Assembly (NCBI GenBank): GCA_963676565.1 | Contig: OY781089.1 | Coordinates: 128,001 to 192,000, forward strand | Reading direction: 5' to 3' | Source: Halarcobacter sp. | Lineage (GTDB): Bacteria > Campylobacterota > Campylobacteria > Campylobacterales > Arcobacteraceae | Length of the DNA stretch: 64,000 bases | Notes under the pieces: model-generated | What the model was told of the DNA's origin: nothing | The model's input: the letters and a program-made list of their open reading frames with translations, nothing else | Databases searched by the model: none | Shown: in pieces, positions 1 to 11,594 of the stretch | Layout of the letters: every line of letters begins with the position of its first letter | Numbering within the stretch: the first letter of the stretch is position 1 | Made by a program: the position numbers and the translations under genes

Positions 1-1232
1 ATGCAAATCCAGAATATATGAGAAATATAAAAGGTTATGAGGAATTAGCTGATCAAATCCCTGAAGTAGCAAGACAATATGCTAGTAAAAAATCTATGTT
101 TTTCTGGGGACTAGGAATAACTGAGCATCTTGATGGAAGTTTTGCAGTTATGGCAATTGTTCATTTAGCACTTTTAACAGGAAATATTGGAAAAGAGGGA
201 ACGGGTCTTATGCCATTAAGAGGACAAAACAATGTTCAAGGGGCATGTGATACAGGATGTTTACCATATTTTGACCCAGATTATGCAACTCCAAAAGAGA
301 TTGGACTTATGACTCCAGAACTTATTGATGAGATGTTAAAAGACAATATCAAAGCGATGTATGTAATGGGTGAAGATATTGCCCATATCCATCCAAATCA
401 AAATAAGATTCACAAAGCATTGGAGCATTTAGAGTTAATTATTTCAAATGAACTATTTATGAATGAGATCTCTAAAAAAGCAGATATTGTATTTGGTGTC
501 AAATCTGCCTATGAAAAAACAGGTGTTTATGTAAATGCAATGAGAAGACTTCATTTATCTCAACCTTTAGTTGAAACAGATTTACCCGATGATTGGGAAG
601 TATTAAGGGATATTGAAAATAAGATAAATGGTGAATTTATATACGAAACTAGTGAAGATGTTTGGAATGAAACTAAAGAGAAAGTTTATTCTAGATTTCA
701 TGGAGCAACATACCATAAACTATCAAAAAATAGAAATAGAGGTATGCAGTGGCCAATTACAAAAGAGGATACTCCAATTTTACATCTTGAACAGTTTAGA
801 ACTGAAAGTGGAAAAGGATATTTTCAATACCACCAATACAAATTAAGAGAACAAATTGAGAAGCTTGTAAAAGATATACCATTTGAAAAAAATGAGTTTT
901 ATCTAACAACAGGGAGAACAATAGTTCACTACAACAATTCAGCTCAAACAAGACATAGTGATGCTCTAAATTCAAGATATGACAAAGATGTAGTTTTAGC
1001 CTCAAAAGAGGATTTTGAAAGAATTGGAAGTGATCAAATCATAATGAAAACCCAATATGGTGAAACTGCAATTTTACCAGTTAAATACACAAATAAAATA
1101 AAACCTGGAACACTTTTTACAACCTTCCATCACCCAGAATCAAAAGTTAATTTTATCTTTGGAGATGAAGCTGATGAACTTATACTAACTGCTAGATTTA
1201 AATCTCTACGAGTAGAAGTTGAGCCGGCATAA
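1..1232 (+). CDS. Molybdopterin oxidoreductase, formate dehydrogenase alpha-like (5' end outside window)
   Basis: PLRGQNNVQGACD motif, YVMGED, EKTGVYVNAMRR, C-terminal molybdopterin dinucleotide-binding LTTGR motif; frame open to the window edge. Confidence 0.85.
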   Translation, partial: ANPEYMRNIKGYEELADQIPEVARQYASKKSMFFWGLGITEHLDGSFAVMAIVHLALLTGNIGKEGTGLMPLRGQNNVQGACDTGCLPYFDPDYATPKEIGLMTPELIDEMLKDNIKAMYVMGEDIAHIHPNQNKIHKALEHLELIISNELFMNEISKKADIVFGVKSAYEKTGVYVNAMRRLHLSQPLVETDLPDDWEVLRDIENKINGEFIYETSEDVWNETKEKVYSRFHGATYHKLSKNRNRGMQWPITKEDTPILHLEQFRTESGKGYFQYHQYKLREQIEKLVKDIPFEKNEFYLTTGRTIVHYNNSAQTRHSDALNSRYDKDVVLASKEDFERIGSDQIIMKTQYGETAILPVKYTNKIKPGTLFTTFHHPESKVNFIFGDEADELILTARFKSLRVEVEPA

Positions 1233-1551
1233 GGGTAATATTGCTGAAGAAAAAGCTTGCGATTACTTAAAATCGCAAGGCTTTAATATCATTGAACAAA
1301 ACTTCTATGCTAAAAAACTAGGCGAAATAGATATCATTTGTAAAAAAGAAAAGGTATATCATTTTGTTGAAGTAAAATCAGCAGATGATTATGAAATTGC
1401 TATCAACAATGTTACACTTTCTAAACTTTCAAAATTAAAAAGAAGTGTTGATTATTATTTACAAAAAAACTCTTTAGATACTGATTTTTGTATTGATGTT
1501 ATTATTGTAGTTGAAGATAAAATAGAAATTTTAGAGAATATTACATTTTAA
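1219..1551 (+). CDS. YraN/UPF0102 family PD-(D/E)xK protein
   Basis: GNIAEEKACDYL...GEIDII...HFVEVK motifs; TTG start overlaps the upstream gene. Confidence 0.9.
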   Translation: MSRHKGNIAEEKACDYLKSQGFNIIEQNFYAKKLGEIDIICKKEKVYHFVEVKSADDYEIAINNVTLSKLSKLKRSVDYYLQKNSLDTDFCIDVIIVVEDKIEILENITF

Positions 1552-1579
1552 AGCAATGGCATATATTTTGCCATTGCTT
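1551..1579. terminator. Hairpin between convergent genes
   Basis: AAGCAATGGCA / TGCCATTGCTT inverted repeat. Confidence 0.7.
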
Positions 1580-1586
1580 ATATTGA

Positions 1587-3851
1587 TTATAGGTTTTTCC
1601 CATCAAAATTGTTTTTATTAACACCTTCAACAACATCTTTAGAAATGTTTTGCGTTTTAAGTGCAATAGAATTTGTTTGTTCTGCAATTGATGCATTTTC
1701 TTGAGTAAATTTATCTAACATTCCAACGGCATCAGCTATTTGTTGAATTCCTAAACTTTGCTCTTTAGCCGCTGTAGCAACATCATTAATTAATTCACTT
1801 GTTTCAATAACTTTATTTTCTAAGCTTGTGAAACCTTCTATCATATTTGCACTTATAGTTTTACCACTATTTGCTTTTTGAGTTGCTGTTTCAACTAACT
1901 CTTTAATATCTTTTGCAACCTCAGCTGATCTTGCAGCTAGATTTCTAACCTCTTGTGCAACAACAGCAAAACCTTTTCCAGCTTCTCCAGCAGTTGCTGC
2001 TTCAACAGCTGCATTAAGTGAAAGAATATTTGTCTGGAAAGCAATTTGATCAATCATAGTAATCGCTTCATTAATAGTTAATACAGTTTCATTTATATCA
2101 TCCATTGAACTTGCTGTATCACTTGCAAGTTTTTTACCATCATTAGCTGAAACCCTTGTATCTTCTGATAAAGAGTTCATTTGTTGTGCTTTAATATTTG
2201 TTTGTTCAATATTACTAGTAATCTCATCAATAGAAGCCGCAGTTTCCTCAAGTGAAGCTGCTTGTCTTGTAGCATTATTACTAATTGTGTATACACTTTG
2301 AGATAGATTATCTGCACTTTCTTTTAATGAAGCTCCATCTTTTTGACTATCTTGAAGCATTTTAGTAATCATCTCATTCATATGCATAATTTCACTACCA
2401 ATTTTCCCAGAAGTTGAATCAAGTTTAACAGTAAAGTCTCTATTTGAATAACTCTCTAAAGCTTTAATAATCTTATTAATATCTTTTCCAACTTGAGTTT
2501 CTAATTGATCAAGCATATGATTTAAAATCTCTTTTAATTCATTTAAAGAATCTATTGATGTTTTTTTATTTACTCTTTTATCAAACTTACCGTCTGATAT
2601 TGTTTGAGCTATATCTTTTACATCTTCAATTAACTCCATATCTTCTTGTGTTGAGATTTTTATTTTCTCTACATTTTCGTTAATTGAGTGTGCCATAACA
2701 CCAAACTCACATGTTGTATTTATATCAATCTCTTTTGTTGTTGATTTCTTTGTATTTAAATACTCAAAGAAACTTTCAAGTCCTGAAGTGATTTTTAGTA
2801 AATAAGTATTTAGTTTTTTTACAGAAATAAGAATAATTAGTCCAATAACTAATAAACTTAATATTGAAGAGATAATTGAAACATTTCTAATGAAATTTGC
2901 ATTTGCTAAATACTCTTCTTCTGGTGCTGAAATTACAAAACTCCAGTTAGTATCTGTATATTTTAAACCAAAGGCATAAGAGTAGTAAATTGAGTTTTGC
3001 CCTGTAGTGAATGACTTTTTAAAGAAAAAGTGATCTTCACCTTTTTTACTATTTTCAAGTAATGATACATAATCTGAATCATTTTTAACAACATCTAATA
3101 TTTTCTTATTCTGAAGATCTTTTTCAATATGACCAACAAGAATCCCATTACTATCTAGAATAAATCCATAACCATTATCATAAAGTTTTATAGAAGAGAT
3201 AAGTTTTGATAACCCATTTAAAAGTAGATCAACTCCAGCTGAACCTATAAATTCACCATCTTTATACATAGGGATACAAATAGAAACAAGAAATTCATCA
3301 ACCCCATCAATTTTCCAAAGATATGGTGCAGTTATAAAAGGTTTTCCTGCATCTTTTGGTCCTTTTATCCAACTCTTTGATTCATCATAGACTGATGGCT
3401 TTGTAAAAACTAATTTACCCTTTGATTTTAATATATATGGATGGAATATTCCATCATTATCATAACTAGTTGAACCATCACTATTATCACCTTTTGGTGT
3501 TAACTTCTCTCCATATTTAGGACTATACCAAATACTATTTATTGCCACATTTCTATTTAATATTGATTTTTCCCATGCTATCATCTCTTTTTCATCAATC
3601 ATAGCACCATTTACAGCAGCTGCTTCTATTCTTGTAGCAAAAGACTGTGCAACTTCTAATGCTATATTTAACTCTTCTTGAACAGCTGTACCATGTTTTT
3701 GGGCAAATGTTTTTATGTAAGATTCTGCATCACTTTGTGCTGCTTCATAAGAAAACTTCACTATTATTACTGAAGCTAAACCAAATACAATAAAAACAGT
3801 TCCAAGGATATTAAATAGTAATTTTTTACCAAAACTTGATTTTTTTTTCAT
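1587..3851 (-). CDS. Methyl-accepting chemotaxis protein with dCache sensor
   Basis: Two TM segments, Cache-like ITAPY/GVDL motifs, [37 protein letters not shown] signature. Confidence 0.95.
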   Translation of the reverse strand: MKKKSSFGKKLLFNILGTVFIVFGLASVIIVKFSYEAAQSDAESYIKTFAQKHGTAVQEELNIALEVAQSFATRIEAAAVNGAMIDEKEMIAWEKSILNRNVAINSIWYSPKYGEKLTPKGDNSDGSTSYDNDGIFHPYILKSKGKLVFTKPSVYDESKSWIKGPKDAGKPFITAPYLWKIDGVDEFLVSICIPMYKDGEFIGSAGVDLLLNGLSKLISSIKLYDNGYGFILDSNGILVGHIEKDLQNKKILDVVKNDSDYVSLLENSKKGEDHFFFKKSFTTGQNSIYYSYAFGLKYTDTNWSFVISAPEEEYLANANFIRNVSIISSILSLLVIGLIILISVKKLNTYLLKITSGLESFFEYLNTKKSTTKEIDINTTCEFGVMAHSINENVEKIKISTQEDMELIEDVKDIAQTISDGKFDKRVNKKTSIDSLNELKEILNHMLDQLETQVGKDINKIIKALESYSNRDFTVKLDSTSGKIGSEIMHMNEMITKMLQDSQKDGASLKESADNLSQSVYTISNNATRQAASLEETAASIDEITSNIEQTNIKAQQMNSLSEDTRVSANDGKKLASDTASSMDDINETVLTINEAITMIDQIAFQTNILSLNAAVEAATAGEAGKGFAVVAQEVRNLAARSAEVAKDIKELVETATQKANSGKTISANMIEGFTSLENKVIETSELINDVATAAKEQSLGIQQIADAVGMLDKFTQENASIAEQTNSIALKTQNISKDVVEGVNKNNFDGKNL

Positions 3852-4022
3852 GCAAATTTCCTTAACTTATATATGGCTAAAATTATACCATAAAATAAAT
3901 AATTTTTAAAACTTATTTATTATTTCTTTAAATAAAGGTTTATTTTAAATTTGAACACTAATTTTTAATAAAATAATAAAAAAATCTGCTCTTTTATATA
4001 TTTTCAAATTTATCTTTAATCT

Positions 4023-4388
4023 CTAAAGATGTGTATTAATTCTTGATAATACTTCCTTTACCCTAAATGGCTTAGTTATATAATCTACTCCTCCTACTTC
4101 ATAGGCTTTTTCAATTGATTCTTCATCTGTATTTGCAGTTATAAAAATCACAGGGATATTTTTTGTTTTTTCATCGTTTTTTAGTTTTTCACAAACTTCA
4201 AAACCATTAAGCTTTGGCATTAAAATATCTAAAAGAATTAGATCAACCCTTTCTTCTTTTAAAAGCTCCATCCCTTCTTCTCCATCAAGTGATGCTAAAA
4301 TATCATATTTGTCATCAAGTAAATCCATTAATGTATTTACATTTACTTCATTATCATCTATTATTAGAATTGTTTTCAACTCATTCAT
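4023..4388 (-). CDS. Single-domain response regulator
   Basis: ILIIDD, LLDILMP, ITA, KPF receiver motifs; ATG at 4388 overlaps the kinase stop. Confidence 0.9.
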   Translation of the reverse strand: MNELKTILIIDDNEVNVNTLMDLLDDKYDILASLDGEEGMELLKEERVDLILLDILMPKLNGFEVCEKLKNDEKTKNIPVIFITANTDEESIEKAYEVGGVDYITKPFRVKEVLSRINTHL

Positions 4389-7300
4389 CAAATAGCTCCA
4401 AGGCATCTTTAAACTTAAATTTAGAAGTAATTTTTTTTATTTCTTCAAAAAAGATTCTATCTTTTTCATTTAATTTCAGTCCTTCTAACTTTTCAATTAT
4501 AGGTTTACAATTTTTTGCTCTTTTTGTTTTTATCGCTTCTTTTAAATTATTGAAAAGTTCATCTCTTAAATCTTTTGAAATATCTTCCTTTTCTATTTTT
4601 TCATTTGGTAGCTTTTCTTCAATCTCTTCAATAACTGTATTTAATTTTGAAATAAATAAAGGCAATAACTGTTTATTTGAGCTTTTTTCAATCTCTTCTG
4701 CCATTTTTGAAATTTCTAAAGCCCCTGCACTAGCACTTAAACCTTTTATTGAATGCATTGTTCTTTTAAACTCTTCTCCATCTAAAGTTTCATAATTTAA
4801 ATTTTTGTAATTTAATAAACCTTTTACAATTTTTATATAAGTATCTTCCATATCCATTACAAGTTTTAAACCATACTCTGTATCTAAATTTTCAAAATTA
4901 GGAATTGATGATTTGTTATTATTTTCGATTTTATTATCCATTGAAACATCAATTTTTTTTGAGATATATTTAATCAAAACATTATAAAGTTTTTCTATTT
5001 CTATAGGTTTGTTTAAATGTTCATCCATACCTACTTGTTTTGTTTTTTCTATATCTTCTCTCATAGCATTTGCAGTTAAAGCAATAATTGGAATATCTTT
5101 ATCTTTTTGTCTAATTGCTTTTGTAGCTTCATAGCCATCTAAGATTGGCATTTGAATATCCATTAATATAAGTTCAAATTTATTTGTTTTTGATTCATGG
5201 GCAATTATAGCCTCTGCTCCATTTGATACAATATCAATATTAATATCAAATTCCTTTAAGATATCAACTATTATCTCTTGGTTAGTTTCATTATCCTCAA
5301 CTAGTAAGATACTACTACCTTTTAAAGATTTCATTTTATTTACTAAATCTTTTTTATCATTAATACTTTTTTTTCTTTTTATACTTGGTTCCCCTAAAAA
5401 TATCTCCGATAAAATATCATTAATTTGTGAAGGGTTAACAGGCTTATGAAGATAATATTTAATCCCAATATCTTTTATGGCTTCTTCTATACTATCAGTA
5501 GTATTTCCACTAAGAAGAATTATTTTATTAGAATCGATTTTTAACTCATTTTTCATTTTTAAACAGACATCTAAGCCATCAATATCATCAAGTCTCCAAT
5601 CTACAATAACTAAATCAAAACTTTTAGGATTACCTGAAACAATCTGTAAACCATCATTTCCACTTTTTGTTAATAAAGCTTCGATGCCAAATCTTTTTAA
5701 TAAATTATCAATTATCTCCAACCAACTTGCACAGTCATCAATTACTAAAACTTTTTTATCATGAAAAATATTGTATGTGCATTCAATTGTTCTTTTTTCT
5801 AATTCTATTTCAAATTTAAAATTGCTTCCTTTGCCAATACTACTTTCAACACTAATTTCTCCATCCATTAATTCAAGAAGTTGTTTAGTAATAGCAAGAC
5901 CTAAACCTGTTCCTCCAAATTTTTTACTTGTACTACTATCAGCTTGAGAAAAAGATTTAAATAGCTTATTTTTTTGTTCTTCAGTTAAACCTATACCTGT
6001 ATCTTTTACCTCAAATCCTATTCTATCTTCATTTATTTTTCTAACCTTTAAGGCAATTTCACCTTCATTAGTAAATTTAACTGCATTTCCTAAAAGATTC
6101 ATTAAAATCTGATTTATTCTTAAGCTATCTCCATAATATTCTTTCCCTAAGATTGGGTCATATTCTACAGTTAAGATAAGGTTTTTTTCACTTGCTTTAA
6201 GTTCAATTAGATTAATTACATTTTCAATCAATGCAAATAAATCAAAATTTGCTTTGTTTAATTCAAGTTTACCTGCTTCAATTTTGCTTATATCTAGAAT
6301 ATCATTTATTATTGTTAAAAGTGTATTTGCAGAATGACTGATTTTATTATTATAATGCTCTTGTTTTTTATCTAATTTTGTTTTTGAAAGAAGATAAGAC
6401 ATTCCTAAGATTCCACCCATAGGGGTTCTAATCTCATGGGACATATTTGCAAGAAAAGTCGATTTTGCTTTTGTTGCTAATTCAGCCTCTTCTTTTGCAC
6501 TTACTAAAGCTTTTTCTGCCTTTTTTTGTATTGTAATATCTTCAATAATACCTTGTATTTCAATAATCTCATTGTTTTCATCTTTAATTGAATAGGCAAA
6601 AACATTACAATACACCAACTCTCCATTGGGTTTTAAAAGTTCTGTTACATGATAATTATAATCTGATCTTTTTTCTAAAAGTTCATTATGACTTTTGATA
6701 TTTTCTTTTAAACCCTTTTCTGTCCAATTAATGAAATCTGTCCAAGAATTATTGATGATTTTTTCTCTGCTAATCCCAAATATCTTTTGAGCTGCATTAC
6801 TTAAATATAAAACCTTTATATCCTTTGGTTCATAAGAAAAGATCGCAAATTCACTACCAATATTTTCAATAAAATTCTCATATTGGTTTTTTATTTCAAA
6901 TATTTGTTTTGTTTTCTTTTCAACCTCTTCTTCTAAATGTTCAGATAATCGTTTTTGTTCAGTTATATCTTCTGAAACACCCAACAAAAATTTAGGATTC
7001 CCATCTAAATCATCAATTGTAATCTTCTTAGTATGTAAAACTCTTACTCCTATTGGAGTATCTATTAACTCCTCTTTTATATCTTCTAATTTTCCTGATG
7101 AAATAACTTTTCTATCTTTAGTTACAAAAAAATCGGCTTGCTCTTTAGGGAAAAAATCATAATCACTTTTACCAAGCATTTTTTCTTTTGCTTGTCCAAC
7201 TAGCTTTTCAAATGAATCATTTAAATGTACATATTTTAATTTTTCTGCATCTTTTATAAATAGTGGTGTGGGAATTGTATTTATGATTGTTTTTAATTGA

Positions 7301-8742
7301 GTTTCACTCTCTTTTATCTCTTTTAGTAATTTATTATTTTCAGTAATATCTCTAAAAGATACATAAATAAACTCTTCATTATTTAATTTTATTTTAATTG
7401 CATTAATAGAAACATCTAATGTTTCTCCATCTTTTCTTTTATATTTTGATTCAAAATTTAAAGGCTTATAATCTAAAGAATTAATATTTTTTCTAATTTG
7501 TTCTTTCGTATGACGTGTTTCGAAAAAAGATACATGTTGTCCTATTAACTCATTTTTTTTGAACCCTAAAGTTTTTAGGGCTTGTGTACTACATTCTAAA
7601 ACAATACCTTTAAAATTAGAAATAAAAATCGAATCTGAAGATTTTTCTATCATACTTTTATATTTGGTTCTTTCATCTTCTAAAGCTCTTTGATTCTCTT
7701 CAAGCTTTTCTTTTTGAATCATTAATCTATATAACACAATACACAATATAGTATAAAGTACAAAAAATATAAGCTCAATATATGTAACAGTTTTTTTCGT
7801 AAAAGCTATAGATTCATCATCAGTATAATTTACAATCCAAGCTTTTTTATCTTCATTATCAGAAGATAAAGGTAAAAAAGATGCTGCTGTATATTCTACT
7901 GTATGTTTGTTAAAAATGGCAAGTGCAAATGGTTTATTTAAATCCATTTTTTCTTTTATCTCATCTTTTTTTAATTTAATCTCTTCTGATAAACCTTTCC
8001 ATGTATTTATATGAGCTTCGTTTTCTTCTTTACTAAAGTTTACTACATACTCATCATTTTCAATACTTTTAGTTAGTTTTTTATTTTCCCCTACAGTCCA
8101 AACTCTATGCTCAAGCATTTTTTTGTTTAATAAAAGATGGGTGTGTTTCCCTTCTGCATCAGCTAACTGCTTTTGTAAAAAAGTCGTTGGAAAAGCTATA
8201 TCAACTAAACCAATATAATCTCCTTTTTTATTAAACAATGGGTATATTTGCCTATAAGAAGAGATTGTTTTCCCAGAAGTAAGACCTTGAAAAACAGTTT
8301 TAGTTTTATGAACCTTTAAATAATCTTTTCTTATTTTGTCTAAATTGTCTCCAAAATAATTTGGTTTATGCATTCTTAAAAAAGAATTGTTATCTTCAAA
8401 GACAAAATGCACTTGATAAACACCTTTTACCTTAGCATCCAAATAGTCTTCTTCAAATATTTTATAAATAACTTTTCTATAAGTATTTAATAATTTAACA
8501 TCTTTTTCATTTTTAGCTTTATTGAAAATATTGATTAGTTTTTCATTTTTTGTGATTTTTTTATGTAGTAAATTTGATTCAGTTTCTAGGGATTTAATTA
8601 ATCTTTTTACTTGCTTTTTTACACTATCTAAGTGACTATTTAAGGATAGTTCAACTCTTTGAACACTATTTATTTCACTAATTAAATAAACTATTGCATT
8701 TAATATAATAAATACAAATAAAAGTATAGTCTTCTTTTTCAT
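4381..8742 (-). CDS. Hybrid sensor histidine kinase (periplasmic sensor, 3 PAS, HisKA-HATPase, 2 REC, Hpt-like)
   Basis: FLANMSHEIRTPM, NAVKFT, GGTGLGL, two receiver domains, MHSIKG Hpt motif. Confidence 0.93.
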   Translation of the reverse strand: MKKKTILLFVFIILNAIVYLISEINSVQRVELSLNSHLDSVKKQVKRLIKSLETESNLLHKKITKNEKLINIFNKAKNEKDVKLLNTYRKVIYKIFEEDYLDAKVKGVYQVHFVFEDNNSFLRMHKPNYFGDNLDKIRKDYLKVHKTKTVFQGLTSGKTISSYRQIYPLFNKKGDYIGLVDIAFPTTFLQKQLADAEGKHTHLLLNKKMLEHRVWTVGENKKLTKSIENDEYVVNFSKEENEAHINTWKGLSEEIKLKKDEIKEKMDLNKPFALAIFNKHTVEYTAASFLPLSSDNEDKKAWIVNYTDDESIAFTKKTVTYIELIFFVLYTILCIVLYRLMIQKEKLEENQRALEDERTKYKSMIEKSSDSIFISNFKGIVLECSTQALKTLGFKKNELIGQHVSFFETRHTKEQIRKNINSLDYKPLNFESKYKRKDGETLDVSINAIKIKLNNEEFIYVSFRDITENNKLLKEIKESETQLKTIINTIPTPLFIKDAEKLKYVHLNDSFEKLVGQAKEKMLGKSDYDFFPKEQADFFVTKDRKVISSGKLEDIKEELIDTPIGVRVLHTKKITIDDLDGNPKFLLGVSEDITEQKRLSEHLEEEVEKKTKQIFEIKNQYENFIENIGSEFAIFSYEPKDIKVLYLSNAAQKIFGISREKIINNSWTDFINWTEKGLKENIKSHNELLEKRSDYNYHVTELLKPNGELVYCNVFAYSIKDENNEIIEIQGIIEDITIQKKAEKALVSAKEEAELATKAKSTFLANMSHEIRTPMGGILGMSYLLSKTKLDKKQEHYNNKISHSANTLLTIINDILDISKIEAGKLELNKANFDLFALIENVINLIELKASEKNLILTVEYDPILGKEYYGDSLRINQILMNLLGNAVKFTNEGEIALKVRKINEDRIGFEVKDTGIGLTEEQKNKLFKSFSQADSSTSKKFGGTGLGLAITKQLLELMDGEISVESSIGKGSNFKFEIELEKRTIECTYNIFHDKKVLVIDDCASWLEIIDNLLKRFGIEALLTKSGNDGLQIVSGNPKSFDLVIVDWRLDDIDGLDVCLKMKNELKIDSNKIILLSGNTTDSIEEAIKDIGIKYYLHKPVNPSQINDILSEIFLGEPSIKRKKSINDKKDLVNKMKSLKGSSILLVEDNETNQEIIVDILKEFDINIDIVSNGAEAIIAHESKTNKFELILMDIQMPILDGYEATKAIRQKDKDIPIIALTANAMREDIEKTKQVGMDEHLNKPIEIEKLYNVLIKYISKKIDVSMDNKIENNNKSSIPNFENLDTEYGLKLVMDMEDTYIKIVKGLLNYKNLNYETLDGEEFKRTMHSIKGLSASAGALEISKMAEEIEKSSNKQLLPLFISKLNTVIEEIEEKLPNEKIEKEDISKDLRDELFNNLKEAIKTKRAKNCKPIIEKLEGLKLNEKDRIFFEEIKKITSKFKFKDALELFDE

Positions 8743-8866
8743 AGGAAATCCCTAAAAACAATTTTATTGCCTATTTTAAAATTACTTTTTTATTATAATT
8801 AAATATACTAACATATTAATAATATAAAAATAATGATTATATTTTATAAGAAGTGTTTAAAATAAT

Positions 8867-10294
8867 TTATAATTTAGGGGGATTTTCTTTTCTTCTTTTT
8901 TTCCTTATAGAAGACCTTTTTGATTTAATATATAAAATTCTAATAATTCTTTTTATATTTATAAAAAACCTAGTTGTATAAGAAGCTTCAGTATGTTCTA
9001 TCTCTTCACCTAAATTTACATTTAAGGCATCACTTTTTTTAACAGATAAAATTTGTGAAGGGAAAACACTTCTATGACCTGTCATTAAAAAAGCAATAAT
9101 AATAGATAAAGCTGAATAATGGGCAACATTAATACCAAATAGTTCAACAGCCATAATCATAGCAGCAATTGGCGCACTTGTTGTCCCTGCTAATACACTA
9201 ACAAATCCTAAAGCTGCAAATAATGGGATATAACTATCAACTAAACTCCCAAAGAAATTACCACTTGTTGCACCCATATAAAAAATTGGAGTAATAACTC
9301 CTCCACTTCCACCAAATCCTAAAGTTAAAGCAGTAAACAAAGTTTTTAAAATAAAAGCATACCAAGGGACACTTTCATGGTCCATAGAACTTGCAGAAAT
9401 AGAATCTTTTATTGTTTCAAAACCTAAACCTAGATATTCATCTCCAAAGATTAAAGCAAGAATTACAATTAATACTCCACCTAAAAAAGCTTTTATAACA
9501 TAATGAAGATTAATTGATTTTGCAAGATTATGTATATATCTTAAAGTTGTAATAATAAAATCTGAAACTAGCCCAAAAAATACACCGGCTAAGATAACTT
9601 TTGCTATTAAAACATAATCAAAATCGAAGCTTACATAATATGCAATATCAAAGTAAGTATAACTTATTCCAAACATTTTTGCCACAAAAAAAGCAGAGAA
9701 TCCAGCAACAATTGAAGGTAATAAAATATCATACATCAAAGCACCAACAATAAGAATTTCAACTCCAAAAATAGCTCCAGCTAAAGGTGTTCCAAATACA
9801 GAAGCAAAACCTGCACTAATCCCACAAATAACCATTTTCTTTCTATCTCTTTTTGAAAACTTAAACATTGTTGCAATAAACGAAGCTGATGCAGCACCAA
9901 TTTGTGCTCCAGGTCCCTCTTTACCAACAGAACCACCAGCAAATATTGTAATAACAGTAGCCATAAGTTTAATTGGGACTACAGCAACATTCATTTTTCC
10001 TTGATTTTTATGAACCGCTTCAATAACTTTTTCAGTCCCATGTCCTTCAGCTGTAGGAGCAAATTTTTTTACAATAACAACTGTTAAAACTAAAGCAAAA
10101 GGTAGAGTATAGTAATACTCAAAAGGTAATTCACCCCTTTGATTTTCAAAGTATTCTAGAATTTTTAAAAAACCTGCAACAATAGCTCCAATCAAACCTC
10201 CAATAAGTGAGGAGAGTAGTATCCATTTTGTGATTGATGCGAACATTACAGTTTGTTCTGTAATGTGAGTTGTTACTTTTTTATTATTATCCAT
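8867..10294 (-). CDS. ClC family chloride/fluoride channel-transporter
   Basis: GGSVGKEGP and GGSGGVITP motifs, many TM segments. Confidence 0.9.
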   Translation of the reverse strand: MDNNKKVTTHITEQTVMFASITKWILLSSLIGGLIGAIVAGFLKILEYFENQRGELPFEYYYTLPFALVLTVVIVKKFAPTAEGHGTEKVIEAVHKNQGKMNVAVVPIKLMATVITIFAGGSVGKEGPGAQIGAASASFIATMFKFSKRDRKKMVICGISAGFASVFGTPLAGAIFGVEILIVGALMYDILLPSIVAGFSAFFVAKMFGISYTYFDIAYYVSFDFDYVLIAKVILAGVFFGLVSDFIITTLRYIHNLAKSINLHYVIKAFLGGVLIVILALIFGDEYLGLGFETIKDSISASSMDHESVPWYAFILKTLFTALTLGFGGSGGVITPIFYMGATSGNFFGSLVDSYIPLFAALGFVSVLAGTTSAPIAAMIMAVELFGINVAHYSALSIIIAFLMTGHRSVFPSQILSVKKSDALNVNLGEEIEHTEASYTTRFFINIKRIIRILYIKSKRSSIRKKRRKENPPKL

Positions 10295-10408
10295 ACTATG
10301 CGCTTTTTATGAGAATCTTTTAAGAGATTCTAACATAAAAGTTATTATTTTCCGTTACAAAAGTGATGCAAAAATAACTTTTTTTTAAAATTATTGGACA
10401 TATGTTCA

Positions 10409-11080
10409 TTATTTACTCTTTAGATGTTCATTTAAGGTTTTATATTCTTCAATATCTTTAGGTTCAACACCTAAAATTTCAGGTAATGATTTTACTCCCA
10501 TTGATAAAAGATATTGTAAATTTGAGTCAAAAGTAGCTTCTTCTATAACCCAAATATTATCCTTGTGAGTTTCAAACATATACCCACCATTTGGAATTGG
10601 AGTCATTGATAAAACAACAGTATAATGATCTTTTACAATAGATTCTTTAGTAGAATACATAAGACCAACATTATATTCATTCTTTGAAAAACCACGAATT
10701 AAAACAACTAAAACTTTCTTCTCACCAGACTTTGAAGTGTTAAAAATATTTATAAGCTCTTTAATAGTCTCATATCCAGGAATTTTAGAATAAAGTTTTT
10801 GGATAAAATCCATCATACCAGTTTCTACAAAAACACCTAATACATATGCTAAAAACCCCAATGATGCTAAACCTATAAATGTCCATAATACTGGATAATT
10901 ATTTGGTTCAAATCCAACTAAATGAAAAAGTTGTCCCGTTAATAAATTTACATTTTCATAAAGCCATAAAATAATCATTGTAATTGCTGCAATAGGAGCA
11001 AGCCAAAATAAACCTTTTAAGATAACAGTTATTATATGATCTTTACCATGGGCAAAAAACTCTTTTATTTTTTCAAGCAT
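10409..11080 (-). CDS. DUF502 family membrane protein
   Basis: PIAAIT, YSKIPGYETIKEL, TPIPNGG pattern; start reassigned to ATG 11080. Confidence 0.75.
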   Translation of the reverse strand: MLEKIKEFFAHGKDHIITVILKGLFWLAPIAAITMIILWLYENVNLLTGQLFHLVGFEPNNYPVLWTFIGLASLGFLAYVLGVFVETGMMDFIQKLYSKIPGYETIKELINIFNTSKSGEKKVLVVLIRGFSKNEYNVGLMYSTKESIVKDHYTVVLSMTPIPNGGYMFETHKDNIWVIEEATFDSNLQYLLSMGVKSLPEILGVEPKDIEEYKTLNEHLKSK

Positions 11081-11172
11081 TAAAAAACCTTTTTTTAAAT
11101 TATATCTTTGTATTATAACCATTTGATAACCGAATTTAATTAAAATCTAAACAATATTGAAAAAGAGTAAAA

Positions 11173-11541
11173 ATGAGAAACCAACCTAAATATCATTTTA
11201 TAAAAAATACTACTTATGCCTTAAAAGGTTTAAAAGATATTATTGCAACAGAAAACTCATTTAAAATAGAATTGATATTTTTTATTTTTGCTGTAGTTTT
11301 ATTGTTTTTAATAGATACCTCACTTACAAACAAAATTATACTTTTTTCAACAATTTCTCTTGTCCTTTTAACAGAAGCTATAAATTCTGCAATTGAAAGA
11401 GCGATAGATTTAGTAACCTTAGAGCATGAAGTTTTAGCAGGTAAAGCTAAAGATGCAGGAAGTGCAGCAGTTTTTATATCAATAATTATAGCCTTGGTTT
11501 CATGGAGTTTAATTTTATTAGATAGTTTTAATTTGATATAA
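11173..11541 (+). CDS. dgkA: Diacylglycerol kinase
   Basis: EAINSAIERAIDL...AKDAGSAAV. Confidence 0.92.
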   Translation: MRNQPKYHFIKNTTYALKGLKDIIATENSFKIELIFFIFAVVLLFLIDTSLTNKIILFSTISLVLLTEAINSAIERAIDLVTLEHEVLAGKAKDAGSAAVFISIIIALVSWSLILLDSFNLI

Positions 11542-11594
11542 AACTTATACAGAAAACAAGATTATTTTTTTGTTTTTTTGGATAAAATCTATCC

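Noticed and set aside
4214..4795. 193-aa plus-strand ORF and similar shadow ORFs (e.g. 29604-30065, 43895-44275, 32418-32648)
   Set aside because: Antisense or off-frame to well-supported genes, with low-complexity composition and no motifs
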